Source: an uncultured Candidatus Saccharimonadales bacterium | GTDB lineage: Bacteria; Patescibacteriota; Saccharimonadia; UBA4664 | Length of the DNA stretch: 64,000 bases | Assembly: GCA_964609585.1 (NCBI GenBank) | Contig: CAZSRA010000006.1 | Span: 3,184-67,183, forward strand | Direction of reading: 5' to 3' | Part shown: positions 18,790 through 30,118 of the stretch, piece after piece | Position numbering within the stretch: the first letter of the stretch is position 1 | How the letters are laid out: every line of letters begins with the position of its first letter | Notes under the pieces: model-generated | What the model was told of the DNA's origin: nothing | The model's input: the letters and a program-made list of their open reading frames with translations, nothing else | The model's database searches: none | Position numbers and translations under genes: made by a program

Positions 18790-20619
18790 CTATTCGACGG
18801 TGACGGACTTTGCGAGGTTGCGGGGCTGGTCCACATCGGTGCCGCGCTCGCAAGCGACATAGTAGGCAAAGAGCTGGAGCGGGATGTTGGCGAGAAGGGG
18901 TTGAGTGTAGGGATTGGCGTCGGGAATGTAAACGACGTTTTCACTGAATTCTTCCAGCGCTGCGTCCCCTTCTGTGCCGACTATGAGCACCTGGCCACCA
19001 CGCGCACGAACTTGCTCGAGGCTAGATTGAGACTTGTCGTACAAGGCATTTTTGAGATGTAGGAAGACGACGAGCATTTTTTCGTCGACGAGAGCAATGG
19101 GACCGTGCTTGAGTTCACCGGCTGCATAGGCTTCTGCGTGAATATAGGCTGTTTCCTTGAGCTTGAGGGCACCTTCCTGAGCGACAGGATAGAGGGTGTC
19201 GCGGCCGAGGAACATGGCGTTGTTGAAGTGAGCTAGTTTTTTGGCGATAGCTTTGATTTGCTCGCGCTGGTCGAGAATTTGTTGTACTTGCGCAGGAAGA
19301 GCTTCAAGAGCACGGACGATAGCCTTGCCTTCGGTGACGGATAGCCCGCGGCCGCGGCCGACCTGGAGTCCAATGAGTAACTGAGCCAAGATCATGGAGG
19401 TAATAACTTTGGTAGAAGCCACCGAGATTTCGGGACCAGAGTGCAAGTACACGCCGCCATCGACTTCGCGGGCAATGCTTGAGCCTACGACGTTCACGAG
19501 ACCGAGCGTAGGAATGCCGCGGCGCTTCATTTCGCGCAGCGAGGCTAGAGTGTCGGCGGTTTCGCCAGATTGAGACACCACCATACCAATGGTGCCCTTT
19601 ACCACAACAGGATCGCGGTAGCGGAATTCTGAAGCGATTTCTACATCTACCGGCAGGCCGGTCATGCGTTCAATAAAGTATTTACCGAGCAGGCTAGAGA
19701 TGTAGGCGCTCCCGCAAGCGACGATGAGGAAGCGGCTGAGGTCTTGGTAGGACTTGGGGTCGAGATTGAGCCCGCCGAGATGGCTGGTGCCGTTTTCGGC
19801 ATCGAGGCGACCGCGGAGAGTGTTGGCGATGGTAGCGGGCTGCTCCATGATTTCTTTGAGCAAGAAGTGATCGTAGCCGGACTTTTCGATGGCGGCGAGC
19901 TCCATTTTGATCTGGACTTCTTCGTGATCTTTGGCTTGAGCTTCGAAGTCGATGACCTCATAATGGCCGGCCTGACAAACGGCAATTTCGTCGTCTTCGA
20001 GGAATACGACGCGGTCGGTGTAGCCAACAATGGCAGTGGCGTCGGAGGCGATGTAAATGGCGTCGGAGGCGATGCCAAGCAAGAGCGGGCTGCCACGACG
20101 AGCGGCTACGAGCTTGTCGGGTTCACGTTCATCGAGAACAACGAGGCCGAAGGTGCCTTCCACCTGCAGAAGAGCGGCGAGTACAGCGGTTTCGAGGGTT
20201 TTGGCCGATTTGCGTTCTTCGGCGATGAGCCAGGCCAGGACTTCAGTGTCGGTGTCGGTGGCAAATTTGACACCGGTTTTGGCTAATTTTTCTTTGAGGG
20301 AGGCATAATTTTCGATGATGCCGTTGTGGATAATAGAGATAGGGCCGGCTTGATGAGGGTGAGCGTTGAGCTCGGTGGGCGCACCATGTGTGGCCCAGCG
20401 GGTGTGGCCGATACCGACGTGGCCGGCCGGTTCGTGGCCTTCGAGAGCCTCGGTGAGATTGGCGAGCTTGCCGGGACGCTTCACGACGACGGTTTTGCCG
20501 TGATCAGCGATGGCAACACCGGCCGAATCGTAGCCACGATATTCCATGCGCCTGAGTCCGTTCATAAGAACGGGGAGGGCGTTATTTTTTTGACCAATGT
20601 ATCCAATGATTCCGCACAT
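18790..20619 (-). CDS. glmS: glutamine--fructose-6-phosphate aminotransferase (isomerizing)
   Basis: N-terminal MCGIIGYIG (Cys2 nucleophile), two SIS domains and a C-terminal ...NLAKSVTVE. 609 aa. Confidence 0.95.
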   Translation of the reverse strand: MCGIIGYIGQKNNALPVLMNGLRRMEYRGYDSAGVAIADHGKTVVVKRPGKLANLTEALEGHEPAGHVGIGHTRWATHGAPTELNAHPHQAGPISIIHNGIIENYASLKEKLAKTGVKFATDTDTEVLAWLIAEERKSAKTLETAVLAALLQVEGTFGLVVLDEREPDKLVAARRGSPLLLGIASDAIYIASDATAIVGYTDRVVFLEDDEIAVCQAGHYEVIDFEAQAKDHEEVQIKMELAAIEKSGYDHFLLKEIMEQPATIANTLRGRLDAENGTSHLGGLNLDPKSYQDLSRFLIVACGSAYISSLLGKYFIERMTGLPVDVEIASEFRYRDPVVVKGTIGMVVSQSGETADTLASLREMKRRGIPTLGLVNVVGSSIAREVDGGVYLHSGPEISVASTKVITSMILAQLLIGLQVGRGRGLSVTEGKAIVRALEALPAQVQQILDQREQIKAIAKKLAHFNNAMFLGRDTLYPVAQEGALKLKETAYIHAEAYAAGELKHGPIALVDEKMLVVFLHLKNALYDKSQSSLEQVRARGGQVLIVGTEGDAALEEFSENVVYIPDANPYTQPLLANIPLQLFAYYVACERGTDVDQPRNLAKSVTVE

Positions 20620-20702
20620 GGGACGATTATACCATCTGTTGCTTGATTTGGGTGGTGTCTGCTCGTTTGGGGATGATAGTATGGTGATAATTACCGGGAG
20701 AT

Positions 20703-21161
20703 GTGATGACCAGTGAGGCAGACTTTTTAGCTTCGGTTGATAAAAGTGGGTTTGTGAGTGCGGGATTCGTGAAGCGCGTGGAGAAGCCGTGGGGGTATGA
20801 ACTGCATCTGGCTGCGCAAGATGGCCCTTATATGATGAAGATCATGCATATTAATGCCGGGTGTCGTCAAAGCTTACAGGTACATGATGCGAAATCGGAA
20901 ACTTATTTAGTGATTACGGGCCGAGCGGGAGTAATCATCGAACAAAGCGACGGCGAAATGGTACAAGTGGAATTGAAGCCCGAGACTGGTTATACGACGC
21001 AGATAGGTCAGCGACACCGGCTGATTGGCATCACTGATTGCGATATCGTGGAGGCCTCGACGCCCGAAATCGGTACTACGTGGCGGCTGGAAGACGATTA
21101 TGCTCGGCCAGATGAAACTGAGGCGGTGCGGGCTGATCCGAACCGTGGATGGAAAGGTTAA
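20703..21161 (+). CDS. cupin-domain protein (possible phosphomannose-isomerase-type cupin)
   Basis: Cupin motifs: WGYELHL...MKIMHINAGCRQSLQVHDAKSETYLVITG...IGQRHRLIG. Confidence 0.5.
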   Translation: MMTSEADFLASVDKSGFVSAGFVKRVEKPWGYELHLAAQDGPYMMKIMHINAGCRQSLQVHDAKSETYLVITGRAGVIIEQSDGEMVQVELKPETGYTTQIGQRHRLIGITDCDIVEASTPEIGTTWRLEDDYARPDETEAVRADPNRGWKG

Positions 21162-21562
21162 AGATTATGCCAACGGTTTTGCTCATAGAAGACGATGAAT
21201 CGATCCGCACCATGTTTACGACCGGCCTCACGCGGGAGGGATTCGAGGTGACGGCGATTGGCAATGCGGATGAAGCGCTAACGGTAGTGGCATCGTCGCA
21301 GCCGTTTGACTTTATTTTGCTTGATATGCTGCTCGGCGGTATGAGCGGTATGGACTTTTTGCAAGCTGCCGCACTCCAGGTGAAGAGCCCGCAAACGCGG
21401 GTGATTGCTTTTAGCAATATTGGCAGCGACAGCATCAAGGAGCGCGCTAAGACGTTTGGGGTGGTGGATTTCCTTAATAAGGTGGATTATGACCCGATTC
21501 AGTTGGCGGCTTATTTAAAAGCTTTGCCGGGACCAACGTCGGCTGAGGTGCCGGGGGCTTAG
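21149..21562 (+). CDS. stand-alone response-regulator receiver domain protein
   Basis: CheY-like fold: LLIEDDESIR, phospho-acceptor Asp in FILLDMLLGGMSG, conserved Lys region. No output domain. Confidence 0.65.
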   Translation: MERLKIMPTVLLIEDDESIRTMFTTGLTREGFEVTAIGNADEALTVVASSQPFDFILLDMLLGGMSGMDFLQAAALQVKSPQTRVIAFSNIGSDSIKERAKTFGVVDFLNKVDYDPIQLAAYLKALPGPTSAEVPGA

Positions 21563-22596
21563 TTCGACAGTTTGGGCACGATCTCTTTGATGCGCTGAGA
21601 CAGGTCTTTGCGGGCGACGATGATGCCGTTGGGTGTATTTACGACCACGATGTTGTCGAGGCCAATGACCGCAACGGGTAAATCGCCATCGTTGCGAATG
21701 TAGGAATTTTCAACTTCGATCGTTTCGATAGTGCCGGAGCCGGTGATGACGTTACCATCGGCATCGGCGTCATTGGCTTCGTAGAGCTCTTTGAAGGAAC
21801 CGACGTCGAGCCAGTCGAAGGTGGCGGGGACGACGAGGAGGTTGTCGACTTTTTCGCTGAAAGCATAGTCGATGGCGTCGTTTTCAAATTCGAGATAGGT
21901 GTCGTTGTATTCTTCGGGGGTTTTGGCTTCTTGGAGGCGGTGATAGTCGGCGTAACGCTCTGGGGCATGCTTTTTCATAGCCGAGAGGAAGGCGTTGACG
22001 GAGCCCACGGTATAGCCGCCGTTCCAGAGGTAATTGCCGCTGGAGAAAAATTCCCGGGCCAGTTTGAGGTCGGGCTTTTCCTTGAAGCTGGTGACTTCAG
22101 AGGCAAAAGCTTCTTTGTCGATGACTTTGCCTTTTTCTATGTAGCCGAAAAGCGTAGATGGGTGCGTAGGCTCGATGCCGACGAGGGTGACGCGGCCGTG
22201 CTGCTTGGATTGCTCGGCGGCCGATTTGAAGGCATGGGCAAAGCCTTCGATGTCGCGAATGAAATGGTCGGCCCAGAGAAAACCGATGGGCTCATCGTGG
22301 TCATGATGGCGCGCGACGCGGTCGAGCGCGGCGATGAAGCAGCTGGCGGTGCCGCGACGGCCGGGCTCCACGATGAAAGCATGCTCGCCGAGTTCCGGCA
22401 GTTGCTCGCGCACATGATGCGCGTGGCTAGCTTCGGTGACGACATAAATGTCGTCGGTGATGCGCTTGGCGCGGTCGAAGGCTTCTTGGACGCCAGAGCG
22501 GTCGCCCGTGAGTTTTAATAGGTGTTTGGGGTAGTTGCCAACGGATAATGGCCAAAGCCGGGTGCCCGATCCGCCAGCGATTATTACAATTATCAT
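21559..22596 (-). CDS. manC: mannose-1-phosphate guanylyltransferase (nucleotidyltransferase only, no C-terminal cupin)
   Basis: [18 protein letters not shown]... pyrophosphorylase signature. The start was moved to the internal Met; the long ORF begins 75 nt upstream. Confidence 0.75.
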   Translation of the reverse strand: MIIVIIAGGSGTRLWPLSVGNYPKHLLKLTGDRSGVQEAFDRAKRITDDIYVVTEASHAHHVREQLPELGEHAFIVEPGRRGTASCFIAALDRVARHHDHDEPIGFLWADHFIRDIEGFAHAFKSAAEQSKQHGRVTLVGIEPTHPSTLFGYIEKGKVIDKEAFASEVTSFKEKPDLKLAREFFSSGNYLWNGGYTVGSVNAFLSAMKKHAPERYADYHRLQEAKTPEEYNDTYLEFENDAIDYAFSEKVDNLLVVPATFDWLDVGSFKELYEANDADADGNVITGSGTIETIEVENSYIRNDGDLPVAVIGLDNIVVVNTPNGIIVARKDLSQRIKEIVPKLSN

Positions 22597-22609
22597 GGCG
22601 CGATTGTAA

Positions 22610-23662
<1,053 letters not shown>

Positions 23663-23665
23663 CAA

Positions 23666-24210
23666 TGGCAGATTTGGCAGTGCGAGAGACAAATATTCGA
23701 GGGCTTTTTGTAGTTGATTTGCCGGTGCATGGTGATAGTCGGGGGTGGTTCAAGGAGAATTACCAAAAGGCCAAAATGGAGGCTTTGGGTCTGCCAGCTT
23801 TTGAAGTGGTGCAGAATAATTTTTCGTATAACGAAGAGGTGGGCGTGACGCGCGGCCTCCACGCCGAGCCCTGGGAAAAATATATATCGCTCGCGGCGGG
23901 TAAGGCCTTTGGGGCCTGGGTGGACCTGCGTCCGGGTAGCTTTGGTGAGACCTTTTCGCTGGAACTACGGCCAGATGTGGCGGTGTTTGTGCCGCGCGGG
24001 GTGGCTAATGGCTACCAAACGTTGGAGCGGAACGTGGTTTACACCTACCTCGTGAACGCTCATTGGTCGCCCGAAGCGAAATATGTGGCTGTGCACGCGT
24101 TTGATCCGGCGCTCGGGCTCGCCTGGCCGATCGAGCAGAAGCAGGCTGTGATATCGGACAAAGATAAGGCCAATCCCCTGCTGATCGATGTTAAACCGAT
24201 AGAGGCTTAG
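23666..24210 (+). CDS. rfbC: dTDP-4-dehydrorhamnose 3,5-epimerase
   Basis: RGLFVVDLPVHGDSRGWFKENYQ and the downstream RmlC cupin signature. Starts 4 nt after the rfbB stop. Confidence 0.85.
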
Positions 24211-24213
24211 CAA

Positions 24214-25077
24214 ATGGACGAGCGGACGTTTTTGATCTTGGGGGCGAATGGCCAGCTTGGAAAGGCTTTGGTCGCGCGGTTTCCGAAGGCTCGCGTGGCG
24301 GGGCGGGCTGATCTGGATATTGGAGATGCAGCGGGGGTAGCTGGTTTTGATTGGTCGGGAGTGAAGGTGATTTTAAATGCCGCAGCCTACACAAAGGTAG
24401 ACGAGGCTGAAACGACTGAAGGGCGGCGGGTGGCTTGGCGGATTAATGCCGGTGGTGCCGCGAACTTGGCGGGCGTGGCTGTAGAGCATGATTTGGTTTT
24501 GGTGCATGTGTCTAGCGACTATGTGTTTGATGGGTCGAAGCCTTCGCACGCGGAAGATGAGGCAATGGCGCCACTGGGCGTATATGGGCAAAGCAAGGCT
24601 GCGGGCGATGTGGCCGTGAGCGTGACACCGAAGCATTACATTTTGCGCGCAAGCTGGGTGATTGGGGATGGGCCAAATTTTGTGCAAACGATGATGAATC
24701 TGGCGGCCAAGAATGTTTCGCCGAAGGTGGTGGACGATCAGATTGGACGGCTGACGTTTACGGCAACGCTGGTGGAGGCGATTGAGAAATTGGTGAAAGA
24801 CGCGGCGCCGTTTGGCACGTATAATGTGTCGAATGAAGGTGAGCCAGTTAGCTGGGCGAGGGTTACACGGGCGATTTTTGGCGCTATGGGGCGCGAGGAT
24901 CTGACGGTAACGGGTGTGAGCACGGCTGAATATTTTAAAGATAAGCCGGAGGCGGCGCCAAGACCGCTGCAGAGCACGCTTGATTTGACGAAAATTGAGG
25001 CGGCTGGACTGCAGCTGACAGATTGGCGCGAAGCTTTGCAGGCGTATGTAGCTTTTGAACAACGAAAGGAAGGTTAG
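24214..25077 (+). CDS. rfbD: dTDP-4-dehydrorhamnose reductase
   Basis: [13 protein letters not shown] Rossmann motif, YGQSKAAGD (YxxxK), and RmlD length of 287 aa. Confidence 0.85.
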   Translation: MDERTFLILGANGQLGKALVARFPKARVAGRADLDIGDAAGVAGFDWSGVKVILNAAAYTKVDEAETTEGRRVAWRINAGGAANLAGVAVEHDLVLVHVSSDYVFDGSKPSHAEDEAMAPLGVYGQSKAAGDVAVSVTPKHYILRASWVIGDGPNFVQTMMNLAAKNVSPKVVDDQIGRLTFTATLVEAIEKLVKDAAPFGTYNVSNEGEPVSWARVTRAIFGAMGREDLTVTGVSTAEYFKDKPEAAPRPLQSTLDLTKIEAAGLQLTDWREALQAYVAFEQRKEG

Positions 25078-25079
25078 CT

Positions 25080-25946
25080 ATGAAGGGTATTATTTTGGCG
25101 GGCGGTTCGGGGACGCGGCTGTATCCGATTACTAAGGGTATTTCGAAGCAGCTCGTACCGATTTATGACAAACCGATGATCTACTATCCCCTTTCGACCT
25201 TGATGATGGCGGGGATTCGGGACATTTTGATTATTTCGACCGAGCAGGATATGCCGGGATTTGAGCGGCTACTGGGGAGCGGTGAGCAGATCGGGTGCAA
25301 TTTTACCTACAAAATTCAGCCACGGCCGGAGGGACTGGCGCAGGCGTTTATTATTGGTGAGGATTTTATTGGCCAGGACAAGGTGGCGCTGATTTTGGGC
25401 GATAATATTTTTTATGGCTCGGATCTGGGATCCAAGCTGAAGGATTATACGGACCCTGACGGCGGGGTGATTTTTGCCTACCACGTGTCTGATCCGGAGC
25501 GATACGGCGTGGTGGAGTTTGACAAGAATATGAAGGCGATGAGCATTGAGGAGAAACCGGAGAAGCCGAAGTCGAACTATGCGGTACCCGGCCTGTACTT
25601 CTTTGACAATGATGTGGTGGGGATTTCGAAGTCCATAAAGCCGAGCGACCGGGGTGAGCTTGAGATTACATCGGTAAATAATGCATATTTGAAGGCCGGG
25701 AAATTGCAGGTGGGCGTGCTCGACCGCGGCACAGCCTGGCTGGACACCGGCACGTTTGCTTCAATGAATCAGGCGAGCCAGTTTGTGCAGGTACTGGAAG
25801 AGCGGCAAGGGCTCAAGGTGGGCTGCGTGGAGGAGATTGCGTGGCAAGAAGGGTTTATTGGTGATGGGGAGCTGGAGGAGTTGGCGGATGGTCTGATGAA
25901 GAGTGGGTATGGGCGGTATTTGAAGGGATTATTGGCAGAGCGCTAG
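25080..25946 (+). CDS. rfbA: glucose-1-phosphate thymidylyltransferase
   Basis: [18 protein letters not shown]...; 288 aa. Completes the rfbBCDA operon with 2-3 nt intergenic gaps. Confidence 0.9.
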   Translation: MKGIILAGGSGTRLYPITKGISKQLVPIYDKPMIYYPLSTLMMAGIRDILIISTEQDMPGFERLLGSGEQIGCNFTYKIQPRPEGLAQAFIIGEDFIGQDKVALILGDNIFYGSDLGSKLKDYTDPDGGVIFAYHVSDPERYGVVEFDKNMKAMSIEEKPEKPKSNYAVPGLYFFDNDVVGISKSIKPSDRGELEITSVNNAYLKAGKLQVGVLDRGTAWLDTGTFASMNQASQFVQVLEERQGLKVGCVEEIAWQEGFIGDGELEELADGLMKSGYGRYLKGLLAER

Positions 25947-25958
25947 TGGAATAGTCTT

Positions 25959-25995
25959 AAAAAGCGGACATCTTAGAGGTGTCCGCTTTTTTTTG
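25959..25995. terminator. bidirectional rho-independent terminator between the convergent rfbA and beta-helix genes
   Basis: AGCGGACA, 9 nt loop, TGTCCGCT, then T8 on the plus strand. The complementary A-run precedes the stem for the minus strand. Confidence 0.6.
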
Positions 25996-26003
25996 GTTGA
26001 GCC

Positions 26004-28703
26004 CTAGATTTCGGGACCGTCGGCTGGTGGAAGCTCCGCATCGATGATATTGATGATGTCGGCCGAGGTGTAGCCGAGCTCATTTAGGGCAGCTGCAGAG
26101 CCGATTCTTCGTTTGGTGAAGCCGGAGCCGGTATCATCTACGACATATACATTTGGACTAGATCCTTTAATGACGGCGCCTTCGCGGAAGTTTAAGTTTG
26201 GTCCATTTGCGAGACCTAGATCACTGGAGGTAGCCGATTTGGTAGAGCTCAAGTTGTAGCGCTGAGAAGTGAACATGGGCATGGAACCTACAAGACGCTT
26301 TTGGCTGTTTTCTATGAGATAGACTGTAGGGCCGCCAGGGTCTTTTACGAGCGTGCCGTCGGGGTGCTGGGTCGTACCGCCGATGTCGGGGCCATTGGGG
26401 GCACCGAGCGCAGAATCGGGCACATTAATGATGTCTGCCACAGTGTATCCAAGACCGGTGAAGAAATTGATACTTGTAATTAGGCGCTTTACCCACGATG
26501 CGGGGCCGGTCTGATCAATCACATAAACATTGGGGCCAGACCCTTTAATGAGTGTGCCTTCGCGGAAATAGAGGCCCGCGCCACCGGGATCGTTGGTATC
26601 GGCGTTGGTAGCGGTTTTAAACTCTGCCGCGCTCATGTGGTAGCTGGCTAGAACTTCGGATGAGCCGATAGGACGAGTGGCGCCACCTTCGACTAAGAAA
26701 ATGTTTGAGCTGCCGGCGGGTCGAATGAGCGTGCCGTCGGGGTGCTGCCGAGGCGTAAATATGCAATGCGAGAATTCGGAGGTTTCGGCCGGTATACCAC
26801 CAATAATGCGAGTGGAAGTGGCGGTGATGGACATGCCGCCGATTGTGAGCGGGACGCTTTGGGTAAACGATGCATTGCCCGCACCATCGGTAGCAACATT
26901 AACACTACCAAGATAGCTGCGACCCTGGCCATAACCAACCGGCATACAAGCGGGGCTCTGGAAGAATTCGATACGGAATGAGGTGTTCGGGACGCTATTG
27001 AGGGTGCCGGCGATTTGTTCGTTTGAGCCAAGCGGAATAGCGTAGTTTAGGATTGGATAATTTTCCATACCATTGACGCCAGTGGGGCCGCCGGAATGGT
27101 TCGAGTTGACTCCGCCGAGGTTAACATCAATGCCCATGAAGGCATTATTGGCGATGCTATTTGTGACTATGGCGGTTTGGATGCCGTCGCCTACTGCTAC
27201 GCCCGAGATGGCGTTTCCCATCGTGGAGCCGTCGGTACCCTCACCGATATAGTTGCCTTCGATGTGATTGTAGCCGGAGGTGCTACCCACGATAGCTATG
27301 CCGTTACCTCCATTGGCCGAGATAAGGTTGCGGGCGTTTGCGTTTGAGGTGCCGATGGTGTTACTAGAGGAGCCGACGATACCGATGCCATCTTGGGTAT
27401 TGCCGAGCGGGGTGATTCCATTGGCGCCAACACCGATAAAGTTGCCGGCGATGCCATTGCCGCCACCAGTGCTCCCGGAAATGTAGATGCCACTCCAGGC
27501 GTTTGAAACGATGACATTACAGGCACCCGTGCAGGCGCCGCCGGGCGTAGTGCCGGTGGTGCCACCAATGTTGTTGCTTGAGGCATTATTTGAACCACCA
27601 GATGGGCTTCCGAGGTTAACTCCCATTTTGTGATTGCCGATGGAGCCATTGCCAGAAGTGTCGGTGCCGATGTAGTTGCCGTAGACATTATTGCCGGTCG
27701 CACTGGTGCCCGTAAGTGAAACACCGGCGCCGAGATTGCCGGAGATGAGATTACGAGCGGTCGCGGTTGTCCCGCCGATGGTGTTATTTGGCGCATCTTG
27801 AGCCTCTACGCCGATATCTTGATTGGATAGAGGGCTTAGACCCGAGACAGTAGTGCCGATGTAGTTGCCCGCAATCGTGTTGCCACTGGCTGTAGACTGC
27901 CAGATGCCGGCACCGTTGGCACCATTACCAGAAAGGAGGTTGCAAGCGCCGTTGCAGCCACCACCGGGCGTGGTACCGGTAGTGCCGCCGACAGTATTGC
28001 CGGGCGACTGGGTGATGAGCAGGCCGTCGGCGCCGTTGCCGATGGCGACAGTACCGGTAGGGTCGGTGCCGACATAATTGCCCTCTACAACATTACCCGT
28101 AGCGCCAGAGCCAGATATGGCAATGCCCGTACCGACATTGCCGGAGACGATATTGCGGGTAGTGGCTGTCGTGCCGCCTATGGTGTTGTTTGAGGATGCT
28201 ACACCAATCCCACTATGGCCATTGCCAAGGGCAGCAGTGCCGGCAGAGTTTGTACCCACATAATTGGCCTGAATGGTGTTTCCATTGTTATTGCTTATAA
28301 TGATGCCGTCACCACCAAAGCGATTGACGATGAGGCCTTTTACCGTGGTATTGCCGGCATTAATGACGATGCCCGAAGATGCACCGGCGTTGGCACCATT
28401 GATTTCAATGAGCGGGGCTCCAGCATAACCTGGCTGGGTGGTGCCGTCGATGGTGGCGGCAACGCCAACGGTGAGCGAAGTGGTGGGCGAAATAGTGTGA
28501 ACTCCCCCGCCCGCAATATTGAAGCAAATGCCACCTCCGGACGAGAGAGCATTGGCCAGTGAGCCAGCTCCGGAGTTGTTGGTGTTGGTAACGGTTGAGT
28601 TGCAGGTGATGGCATGGGCCGGAGTATTGAGGACGAATGGGGCGAGGAGATTGACAATAAGGCTCGCGGCAAGGGTTATGCGCGCTGAGTACATAGTTTT
28701 CAT
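26004..28703 (-). CDS. large secreted right-handed parallel beta-helix repeat protein (pectin-lyase/NosD-like fold) with C-terminal 60 aa repeats
   Basis: Signal-like MKTMYSARITLAASLIVNLLAPFVLNTPAHA, then about 440 aa of periodic Gly/Asn/Thr-rich rungs (NTIGGTTATTRNIVSGN...GNYVGTDPTG). A Cys motif GGTTGTTPGG(G/A)C(N/T)GACN is present twice. Four C-terminal units of about 60 aa follow. The ORF track start (TTG at 28775) is probably upstream of the real ATG. Confidence 0.7.
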   Translation of the reverse strand: MKTMYSARITLAASLIVNLLAPFVLNTPAHAITCNSTVTNTNNSGAGSLANALSSGGGICFNIAGGGVHTISPTTSLTVGVAATIDGTTQPGYAGAPLIEINGANAGASSGIVINAGNTTVKGLIVNRFGGDGIIISNNNGNTIQANYVGTNSAGTAALGNGHSGIGVASSNNTIGGTTATTRNIVSGNVGTGIAISGSGATGNVVEGNYVGTDPTGTVAIGNGADGLLITQSPGNTVGGTTGTTPGGGCNGACNLLSGNGANGAGIWQSTASGNTIAGNYIGTTVSGLSPLSNQDIGVEAQDAPNNTIGGTTATARNLISGNLGAGVSLTGTSATGNNVYGNYIGTDTSGNGSIGNHKMGVNLGSPSGGSNNASSNNIGGTTGTTPGGACTGACNVIVSNAWSGIYISGSTGGGNGIAGNFIGVGANGITPLGNTQDGIGIVGSSSNTIGTSNANARNLISANGGNGIAIVGSTSGYNHIEGNYIGEGTDGSTMGNAISGVAVGDGIQTAIVTNSIANNAFMGIDVNLGGVNSNHSGGPTGVNGMENYPILNYAIPLGSNEQIAGTLNSVPNTSFRIEFFQSPACMPVGYGQGRSYLGSVNVATDGAGNASFTQSVPLTIGGMSITATSTRIIGGIPAETSEFSHCIFTPRQHPDGTLIRPAGSSNIFLVEGGATRPIGSSEVLASYHMSAAEFKTATNADTNDPGGAGLYFREGTLIKGSGPNVYVIDQTGPASWVKRLITSINFFTGLGYTVADIINVPDSALGAPNGPDIGGTTQHPDGTLVKDPGGPTVYLIENSQKRLVGSMPMFTSQRYNLSSTKSATSSDLGLANGPNLNFREGAVIKGSSPNVYVVDDTGSGFTKRRIGSAAALNELGYTSADIINIIDAELPPADGPEI
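27095..28415 (-). repeat. degenerate tandem coding repeats (beta-helix rungs), including a duplicated Cys-containing motif about 423 nt apart
   Basis: Repeated blocks at both protein and DNA level, e.g. around 27515-27570 and 27930-27992. These explain the many short antisense ORFs in the track here. Confidence 0.6.
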
Positions 28704-28843
28704 GCTTCTATAATAACCGGGGTTAGTCATACGAACTAGGCCCCGGGTTTTAATTTTGAATTGCTTTTTTAGCAATTATGTATCATAATATGCTGGCACA
28801 TTGATATAAATCCAGAGCTACCCTCGTAGGGATGTGAAGACCC

Positions 28844-30088
28844 ATGAGCCTCATGGCTGGCATTGCGGTTCGAACGGTACAGCACGACCCGGAAGCTCGG
28901 CTCCACCTGGGCGGGTTCGCTGGGCGCGAGCCTTCCACCGGTGTACTAGAGTACCCGCAGATTCGAGTGCTCTACCTCGCAGACGATGAAAACTCGCTGC
29001 GAGTCGTCCTGGTGAGTGCCGACTACTGCAACTTCGACACCAACTTCGTGGACGGCGTTCGAGCACAGCTCGAGAAGGCGGACATTCAGTCGGTCATCGC
29101 CTGCACCCATAACCACTGCGGTCCGGCGGCGTATCATGCCGAGAAGGATTTCACGGGAGCCGTCGACGAGCTGTATCTGGCCTATGTGAAGAGCCAGATA
29201 CTGGAGGCGGTCTATGAAGCCGCGGAAGCGACTACACCAGTAGATTCGATCGCTGTCCGTCGCGGCCAAGCCCAGGGCGACCTGCTCATGAATCGAACCA
29301 CTACTGGAGAGAAGGTGATAGACGGAGCGCTCACGCCGTGGATGTACAAGCGATGGGAGCCGGACATGCCGGCTCGAGCTTTCACCGAGCTCGACCTGGA
29401 GTTGGCGACACTGGAGGTATACCTCCGCGATGGGCGGAAGATCGTCCTGATAAATTTCGCTTGTCACCCCATCACGTTGGGTGCAAGTACTGTCGCGGCT
29501 CGAGATTTCGTCGGTCCGATGCTACGGGGCGTAGAGTGTGGCGACCCCAACTGTACCGCCCTGTTCTTCAACGGCGCGGCGGGGGACGTTAATCCCGCTA
29601 TGCACGATTATGGCCCGGAGGCGGCTGAGCACTTCGGAAATTTGCTGGCTACTCAGATCGTCTCAGTCCTGGAGGGCCCAGGCCGTAGATGCGACCAGGC
29701 CCTTAAGTTCGGTGAAGACGCGGCCGTGATCGACTACACGAACGGCACACAGCACCGAGCTCGGATGTCGTGCCTGCGGATCGGCGACCTGTCACTGATC
29801 ACTGTTCCGGGCGAGCTCTACAACTCGTTCGGCTTGGAGATTAAGAGGATGGGCGACAATCCCGATTTCGCTCCGATCGTTCTGGGGTATGCCAACGGCT
29901 CAACCGGCTACATCCCCAGCCAGGAATTTCTCGAGAATCCCAAGAGGTACCAATTCGACACGGGAGTGGCGAGCTATTACGGACACTTGTTGTTCTCGCC
30001 AGGCCACGGAAATCCGCATGGTATCCCCTACTCCGATATCGGGCGGCGGATCGTCACGACGGCAGTACGGCTACTCGCCTTGTGGTGA
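28844..30088 (+). CDS. neutral/alkaline ceramidase-like hydrolase (N-terminal catalytic domain only)
   Basis: RVLYLADDENSLRVVLVSADYCNFDTNFVDGVRAQLEKADIQSVIACTHNHCGPAAY parallels the neutral ceramidase signature (RxVxVSAD...ATHTHSGPGG). It is shorter than characterized ceramidases. Confidence 0.45.
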   Translation: MSLMAGIAVRTVQHDPEARLHLGGFAGREPSTGVLEYPQIRVLYLADDENSLRVVLVSADYCNFDTNFVDGVRAQLEKADIQSVIACTHNHCGPAAYHAEKDFTGAVDELYLAYVKSQILEAVYEAAEATTPVDSIAVRRGQAQGDLLMNRTTTGEKVIDGALTPWMYKRWEPDMPARAFTELDLELATLEVYLRDGRKIVLINFACHPITLGASTVAARDFVGPMLRGVECGDPNCTALFFNGAAGDVNPAMHDYGPEAAEHFGNLLATQIVSVLEGPGRRCDQALKFGEDAAVIDYTNGTQHRARMSCLRIGDLSLITVPGELYNSFGLEIKRMGDNPDFAPIVLGYANGSTGYIPSQEFLENPKRYQFDTGVASYYGHLLFSPGHGNPHGIPYSDIGRRIVTTAVRLLALW

Positions 30089-30118
30089 CCCGACTCCATC
30101 GAAGGATGGGGTCTGAAT

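Noticed and set aside
20620-20702. Possible glmS ribozyme upstream of glmS
   Set aside because: Only about 83 nt separate the glmS start from the next gene. This is too short for the roughly 170 nt ribozyme, and none of the conserved core was recognisable.
26004-28775. Dense array of short plus-strand ORFs and periodic DNA repeats that could look like a repeat array or CRISPR
   Set aside because: The periodicity is explained by degenerate coding repeats of a beta-helix protein on the minus strand. There are no identical direct repeats with unique spacers.
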